From Schmidtea nova (lineage: Eukaryota): a stretch of DNA of 64,000 nt. The notes beneath the pieces were generated by a model, which ran no database searches, was not told where the DNA came from, and worked only from the letters and a program-made list of their open reading frames with translations. The stretch lies in NCBI GenBank assembly GCA_044892505.1, contig CM097883.1, positions 259,222,001 through 259,286,000 of the forward strand. The letters are read 5' to 3'. The position numbers and the translations under genes were made by a program. Shown here piece after piece: positions 56,164 through 64,000 of the stretch; within the stretch, counting starts at the first letter, position 1; every line of letters begins with the position of its first letter.

Positions 56164-59100
56164 TGGCGTCACGAGCAAAAAAAGAATATTTACAAGAATT
56201 TCTATTAAATGAAAGACTCTCAAAGCTGAAAGTATTTAGGAGATACGGTAACAAAAAGATTGAAGAACATTTTGACGAAAGTACAAGATTTTGTGCAACA
56301 GTTCGGGGAACACAATTTAGTAACAGCAGAAAAGGAAAAAGAAGTTTACCTAAAGTACTTTGAAGAAGATGTAATAAAGGAAGTAGATTGCATGGCAGAG
56401 AAAGATGCTGAAAAGTCGATAGAGTGGTACACCGATAAAAATACGAAATCACTGAGTGAAAAGAAGTCGAAAACATCCTGAAAATAATGTGACTCGCACA
56501 AGAATGGCGGACCTTAAGTGTTACAAATGCAATTAACCAGGTCAAACAGGCCGATTTTGTTAGAAACACGAGTGGTTGAAACCAAAAGAAGAACGAACTT
56601 GTTACCAGTGCGGCAATAAAGGTCACATTTCAGCTAATTGCCGAAATAATATGAACGGTGAAAAGAATGGAACGAAATGTTTCGAGTGTGGTGGAGCACA
56701 CCAAGTGAGATTCTGCGATAAAGGGAACAAGTTTAGGTATCTACAAGAAGAATGCGAGGAGGATATAAGAATTGAAATCACATATACCGTAGTTTTCGAA
56801 GAACAGCAATAAACGGCAAAGAGGATAAAAACTCTTGCAACAAAACCAACATTGGAAGAGAAAAATGCTAACTTTATCAATCATGAAGGTAAAAAGTTAA
56901 AGACACATCGAACCAACGCTGATTTCTGTTAACAAACCTGAGAAGGCCCGAAATAAACCAGTTACAAAATATGTGATTGAAAATCGACATGAGAAAGTCA
57001 TGCTCTATTCAGGAGCAGATCTGAATGTTATAATTCAAGAGTTGCGGAAGAAATTGTCAAAGATAACCCAGCAATAAGAGTTTACAATTCAACAGCAAAA
57101 GTAACATGCGCTAATGGAAGTACATTGCAATGTAGACGTAAAATTAATTTAAATATTTCAATCGAATCTATATTAATGATTCATGTTTTTGATATTATGC
57201 CTAATATATTTCCACATATTTATTTAGAAATTAGAAGCATGAAGAAATACGGAATAATTATTGATGCAGCAAATGACAGAATTGAATTGCAAGGGATTAA
57301 GATTCTATTTATATCTAAGACAATCTCTGCTTCATCTTTAAACGAATGACAACTGTACGGGGAGTCCGGCTACGGTTGTGAAGAGAAAGGAGGCTCAGCG
57401 AGATAATTATTATAGGGTTATTTTATCGAATAATATGGAAATAAGTAATGCTTGTAAATATTTCATCAAAAGGATTGTATTTAATGATCGTAGGGAGAAA
57501 ATTGATGATTCTAATGAAATTTGTATATTTAATAGAAAAGAATTGAGTATGGCTGATCGTGACATTGTGATAAGTGACTATGAGGTACAAGGTGAGAATG
57601 GGTATATATTAATAAAGATATGTATGTTAGAGGGAGGTTCGAAGACTCTTCATGGAGGGACTGGCTTGGGATATGTAGAAAAATGGAAGGTGTTTATTAA
57701 TGAATCAAATGGCACAGCGAATAAACTCACGAAGGATGAAAGAATAAAGGTCATGAAGGCAATAGAGGCAATATTAGATAAAATTAAGGAAGGATTGTGT
57801 TCAGATAATAAATAGCACGATAAGCTCGAGTTGATGAAAATATTAAAAAGTTATGAAGATATTTTCAGTAAATAGAAGATAGACATCGGAAAATCGGATG
57901 AAGTGAAACATTACATTTATATCGGAAATGTAAGTCCAATCGCGTTAAGGCCACAAAGGAATCCGAAAGGATTAGAAGAAAAGGTTGATCATATGCTTAA
58001 AGATTTATTAGATGCATGTATGATTAGACCAAATTCATCGCCATGAAATTTCCCTATAATGGTGGTAAAGAAGAAAAATGTGGATATGAGAATGTGCGTC
58101 GATTATCGAGCACTTAATGCTAAGACGGCTATACCAAATTTTCCGATACAAGCTGCAGAGGAGTTATTTGATACTATCGGAGGGGCCAGGTATTTTACTA
58201 CACTAGATTTATTTAGTGGGTATTATCAAGTTCCAATTGACGAAAAGGATATCCAGAAAACAGCTTTTAGTACAAAGTAGGGACAACTTGAGTTCACAAG
58301 AATGCCATTTGGACTTTGCTCAGCTACTGCTACATTTCAAAAATTCATGAACATGGTTCTAAGGAAGGAAAATAGGATTAATTGTGTCGTGTAACTCGAT
58401 GACGTGTTGATGTAATGTCACGATTACCACTATGTGAACAATGTATGATCACCCATGGTTAACCATAGGTTAACCATAGAAACGGATATATGTCAAGGTA
58501 TATAAGGATGAAGAGATTGAGGAAAGTGATTGTGAACCTGAAAGGACAATGAATCATATAGTCAAGGAAGAGGGTGATTGAGACAAGAAAAAAATGCAGA
58601 TATTCAGTTTAGAATTAATCTGATGGAGAAATGTGATTATTTAACTGAAGAAAATCCAAGTAATTTAACGAATGACAGTAAAAAACTAAAAGAATTATGG
58701 ATTCTTAGAACACACTGGAGAGAGCGAGGTGTTTTACTATATATTTGCCGAGAGAATAAAATTTTATTGGTTGTTACAGGAACGGAAAGAGATTCCATCA
58801 TTAGGCAGTTATTGAAAATACAATTGAAGCCAATAAAAAATGAGTTTTATTGGCCAACAATGAATTGAGAAATACAGGAAGTTATTTTAACATGTAAGGA
58901 ATGTTTACATAATAAAAACTTAAGCGGACGAGTTAAATCATCTTTACAAAACATTGTGGGGTAAAGACCATTCCAGATTATTGGAATAGATATAACAGGA
59001 CCCTTTAAAGTAACAACGTGTGATTACAGATATACTAGGACTTATCGATTATTTCTCGAAGTATATAAGCTTAATACCAATGACAAAGACAGAAGTACCG

Positions 59101-59800
59101 AAGATTGCACAAGAACTATGGAGAAACTGGATATCGAAATTCGGTGTCCTAGAGAGAATACACTCTGATTGTGGAAATAACTTTCAATAACAACTTATTC
59201 TCGAATACTGCAAATTTTGGGAATTCAAAAACCTTCACTTTACCATATTATCCGCAAAGTGAGTGAATGGTAGAAAGATTATATGGAACGGCTAAAAATA
59301 TGAATAGGCGTAGTGTTGCAAGAAAGAAAAACGATTGGAGCACGATTTTACCAACCATAGAGTTTGGGCTAAGAACCACTAAAAAGAAAACCACAAAGCA
59401 TTCCCCATACGAGATTATATTCGAAAAGAAAGAAAGACTCCTAATCAGACCAACACAAGTACTAGGAGAGAAAGTCACCAATAATGATGACTATGTAGAA
59501 CAACTACAGACAGATATACTTACAATTCAAGAGAAATTTAGACGTATTAGAGAAGAAAGTAGGAAGAAAACTGCAGAAAGATACAATTTAAATCGATTGA
59601 ATAAGGATGCATGGATTGGAGACCTAGTGATGGTTAGAAACCAAGATAGAAAAGGGTTTGAAAGAAAATTCGTAGGCCCTATTATTATTCATGAAATAAT
59701 AAACAAATGGACATTTGAATTATATAGTGATAAATAAAGGAAGAAAATAAGAAGAAACTCCAATCAAATTAAAATAATCAAGGACATTGATAAGAAAATC
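56164..59800 (+). mobile_element. Decayed Ty3/Gypsy element (copy B): PBS, gag, protease, partial RT, integrase
   Basis: CA then TGGCGTCACGAGCA (tRNA-Ser-like PBS); knuckles CYQCGNKGHISANC and CFECGGAHQVRFC; RMCVDYRALN, TLDLFSGYYQV; integrase VERLYGT..R..HSPYE; many stops; deletion from RT xDD to the end of RNase H near 58410. Confidence 0.88.
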
Positions 59801-61254
59801 GATCTAGAGTGCATTACAAAGAAAACCAATGTTTGGTAAAGAAAATCGAGCGTTCAAACAAAAGACAGAAAGATTTATCCAAAGATAAATTTGTATAAAT
59901 ACTTGAAAATTTATGATTATTATTAATAAAATGAAACAGGAAATATTTATAATAAAGTTTATTGATGGTCTGTAAACAAAATTAAAAGATGATGATTAAA
60001 TCATATCAAGTTTACAAATCCTGGAGTCCAATGCCAAGAAAATATATCATTCCATTCCCCTCGACTATTCATGGATTTTGAATAAAAAATCGGCTACAAG
60101 CAAGAAACATGCATTCAAAAGCGTGTTTTACTCGTTATTTGATTCTGAAATGAAGTGGTCACATATCACTAGAGGCGTTCATGTATATAAAAAAATAATG
60201 GATATTTCGGGTTCAAATTATAAAAATTATTTTCAATGATCGATACAGATATATTATTTTTATTTAATTATATTATTAATAATATTAGTTTAGATTATCC
60301 AAAGTGAAATATGCCCTTGGGTTCAAGAAAATGGACAATGACAAAAACTAATAGAATTGGCTGAAAATAGTAGAACTATTAGAAAAACCAAAGAAAGATT
60401 AAAAAATATAACAATTGGATTCTGTAGCATTTATGCAATTGTAAATTTAATTTATCGAAAATAAGTGTATTTTTGTTTGATATTAATTTTAATTTTACTG
60501 ATTATTTAAAGTTTTAACATTTTAATATAGATTTTATAGTAAAACTAGTTAAAAAGATGTTACTTGAGTTAGGTCACGAGTGTAAAATTTAAAGATTTTA
60601 CATTCTTGTCTAAGTGAAATTAAATAGTTCTTAGATTTATGTGAATAAAAACAATTTTTAACACAATAAGACTGTAAAAATTATATGATTGATCAAAGTA
60701 ATGACAAGAGTTACAAAAATCAATAAAGTTTTGTTATAATTATGTGTTTATTTTAAAACAAAATAGATAAATTCGAGTTTAAATTTTCACATGTGTAAAT
60801 TACCTATGTGTGTAAGATTCATGTTATGCGTGTTACGCACATATTATGCACTTGCAGTGCACTTCTATTGCAAGTGTTATGTATTTGAATTGAATATTTT
60901 GAAATTTTTTTTTAAAGAAATACTATAAAATACATGTAATTAAAAATAATACAAAAAATAAACATTTATTATTTATCAACAGTTTTTATCAATAATGGAT
61001 AGTTTTCAACAATGTTTGAACATGTATCATCAACAATGAATGAATAAACAGTTTTCAACAATGTTTGAACATTTATAATCAATGATTGAACAGCTATCAA
61101 CAATGTTTGATCATTTCTCCTCAATGGCTGAAAAATTATATTTTCTCAATTCCTTTTTTAGAATCCGTACATGATAGTTCTTCAACTGATCAACGCTACA
61201 TTTTTGAGTTTTTGTCTGTTTTTTCAAATTTTTAAAGGTTTTTGAAACAATTAA

Positions 61255-61531
61255 AGTTTTTTAAGTTTTTGAAAATTTTTATGTTTTTGAAAATTTGACC
61301 TTAAAGTTTTTAACATTGACCTTAAAATTACCTTGACCTTATTATAACCTCGTAGTTTGTCCTTAAAATGACCTTTAAAATAAAAAAAATAAATTTTGAT
61401 GACTCATCGTGTGTGTGTTTAAAAAATTTATGGGAGGTGTGTAAAAAAATGGAGGTTAATTGATTTTGATTGAATGTACACATGCGATGACTTCATATAT
61501 CCTTGTCCTGGAGTGCACACATCTGTCTACT
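61255..61531 (-). mobile_element. Second copy of the possible Polinton terminal repeat
   Basis: Homologous to 42690-42988; ends AGTAGACAG on the minus strand. Confidence 0.5.
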
Positions 61532-62574
61532 TCCAACAAAGTGTATAATTTGGCATACATTAATTAGAAATAATAAAACATAGTCTAAAAATTGAAACAT
61601 AAACTTTTCGGCTTAACCTTTTTAAATGTGTTTTAATGTTGATCGATGGTCTTTATTTAAAAATATTTCTGAATCCGTGAATAAATAGTAACATTTAATC
61701 ACATTATTCATGACACTATCAGTTTATAAGATAAGGAAAAATGAATTATAATAAATGTTCCATCAAAAGCACTCGACTTCTCAGGTGCTGGAAATTATTA
61801 AAAGTTCACGAAAAAATTTACAGTTTCTAGTATTATTTTTTATAACATGTGATATAATTTTTGAAGATTAATTCTAAGCAGTTACCATCTATATGGAGCA
61901 TTCTTAGCATCAAGTGTAAATACAAAAGAAACAGTAATTACAAATAATGGGTTTAAAAAAAAGTTTATTTAGTTTATTTATAATAGTTTTTAGCAGGTGA
62001 AAATTAAAATTGAGTAATTAAATATTATTATTGAAATTTAAAAAAAAATATTAATTTGTTTGAACTAAACAAAAATAACCATTAAAAATATTATATTACT
62101 TTGTCAAACAAGAAATATTTATTAAATATTTCATTGTTAAATTTTAAAATGTTCTTTATGAACATGCGTAAAAAATAAAATTGTTTTTTTCTTAAGAAAA
62201 AATGACATTTTTAAACAAAACTAACTAATAAAATAAGTATTGTATAATAATGCATTATAATATATTGTATTTTTAAAACGTAATTAATTTCATTTTTTAC
62301 TGAAATTAGTTCTCAGCTTATTTTGTATTTGTGAAAAATTGCATTTTCTTCATCAATATGATACTTAATTAAAACTGAAAAAAAATTATATGAAATATTT
62401 ATTTTTAAAAAATCAGTCAAAAATAATTTAATCCGATGAAAATGAAACTTTCAAACTAGAAAATTTACATTTTGAAATTTTTTGATTTAATTTGTGCAAT
62501 CGAATTATTTTTGATTTATAAAAAATAATCCCTTCGATATTATTTTTATTCGTTTTCTTTTCATTATTTGTACT

Positions 62575-63279
62575 CAGGGATACCATCTTTGAGATTTAAA
62601 TATGCGGGACAAAAATATGCGGGACAAAAATATGCGGGACAAAAATATGCGGGACAAAATCTCGAAATTGAAATAAAGAAAAAAAACACATAATTTGAAT
62701 ATTTCAAATATTCAATGTATATATATTATTATTATATTTATTATAGTCACAAATAATGAAAAAATAAAATAAAAAAAAATTATAAAAAACTAGATAATAA
62801 AAAAATATATGCTTAATGAAAAATAAACAAATTAACAAAACATAACGAAACAGAAAAAAGGAATACAACTGACGAATGTACTTTTAATGTGCATTAATAA
62901 TATTTAATTAAATTTTTACCTATTAAATGTTTACTTAAATACTTTTTTTTATCATTTGTCTTTGACCACAAGGACGAGAATGACGAACTGTCATCACAAT
63001 TCAAAAGTCCCAGTAGGCGATTTGTACTGCACAAAATATCCTAACTCGTGAAATAAAAATCCAAATTAAAACAAACCCCACCAAACAAAATAAAGTGACA
63101 ATTTTCGTTACAGGGCTTGTATATTTTTAATTCAGACGTGTAATTAATTTTGTTTTATGTGAAATTTTTTAAACTCGTTTTAGAGAGACGTGCGGGAAAA
63201 TTAGTTTGCGTGTGGGACGCGGGAAATATCTTAGGTGTGTGGGACAATCCCACCTAGGGCGGGACAGATGGTAACCCTG
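62575..63279. mobile_element. hAT MITE, 705 bp
   Basis: TIR CAGGG(A/T)TACCATCT (13/14); 8-bp TSD TTTGTACT (62567-62574, 63280-63287); four 15-bp TATGCGGGACAAAAA subterminal repeats at 62601-62660. Confidence 0.92.
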
Positions 63280-64000
63280 TTTGTACTTGATTGTGAAAGT
63301 GTTGAAATTCAAGAATTGCATAAATCATAAAGCACTTATGCGAAAAACGTGTTGAAAAATTTGGATAGTAGAAAACTGTGGGTCTGTAAATAAGGAAACA
63401 ACAATTAATTTCATATAAAGATTTTTTAGAAAAGATTTATTGTTTCTAACCTCCAGTTTTCAAAACATAGAAATTGGCGTCACATTTTCTAGAATTTCGT
63501 ACAGTGGAATGCTTTTCCACGAAAAAGCTCTAATTAACTAAGACAAATGGATTAAATTTAGATCTTTTATTTTCGTCATCTTAGCGTCAAACTTAGTGTT
63601 AAATTGAAAATATTTTGATTGAATATAAACAAAATGCAATAAATCTTTGTTCAGCATACATTGGAAAGTGACGTGTAGAAATTTTATTTATACTATTCAG
63701 TAAGCATGATATGATCCAGTTAGCATAATGAAGAAAATAATTTACAATTTAGAAGTTGATGCAAACTTTTCCACTTTAGCGCTTTTTAGCGTACCTGGAA
63801 ACAAAGTAAAAAAAACATTTTACTTCAAAAATTGGGCCGCACTCATTCGATTTGATTTATGACATTTTAGTCAAAGTTAATTAATAAAAATCAGATTTTG
63901 AATAAATTAGATCAGAGATTCTCAACGTGTGTGAAATAGACTGAGTTTAGATCTGTCGCGAAAATTTGTTAAAATATATACACCAAGAAATGAGCAATGG

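Noticed and set aside
61592-61635. Further hammerhead-like strings here and near 21550-21600
   Set aside because: Core nucleotides or the cleavage triplet are broken; cannot be distinguished from chance.

Overview
AT-rich animal (invertebrate-like) genomic DNA from a gapped assembly; the species cannot be determined from the window. The one clear host gene is a + strand DDR-like receptor tyrosine (probably pseudo)kinase. Seven recognisable exons run from the transmembrane exon (2832) to the stop (41475); no extracellular-domain exons were found. Its introns and the downstream 22 kb hold many mobile elements: Penelope retroelements with hammerhead-ribozyme motifs, hAT-type MITEs, a DD41D Tc1/mariner, two decayed Gypsy copies sharing a -1 frameshift signal after the protease, solo LTRs and Polinton remnants. 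The standout is a minus-strand, non-autonomous BEL/Pao LTR retroelement (27225-34687) with a tRNA-iMet PBS, a PPT and LTRs that look identical outside their repeat arrays. It has captured three intronless host fragments: the calmodulin 5' end (inside the LTR, followed by a 114/132-bp tandem array), part of mitochondrial HSP70, and polyubiquitin fused directly to Gag. All lie in one reading frame from the calmodulin ATG (34227) to a stop in the 3' LTR (29107), broken by a single TAA. RT, RNase H and integrase are missing and an acidic tail follows the protease. Both element ends fall in N gaps, so the TSD is invisible and assembly artefacts in the arrays cannot be excluded.
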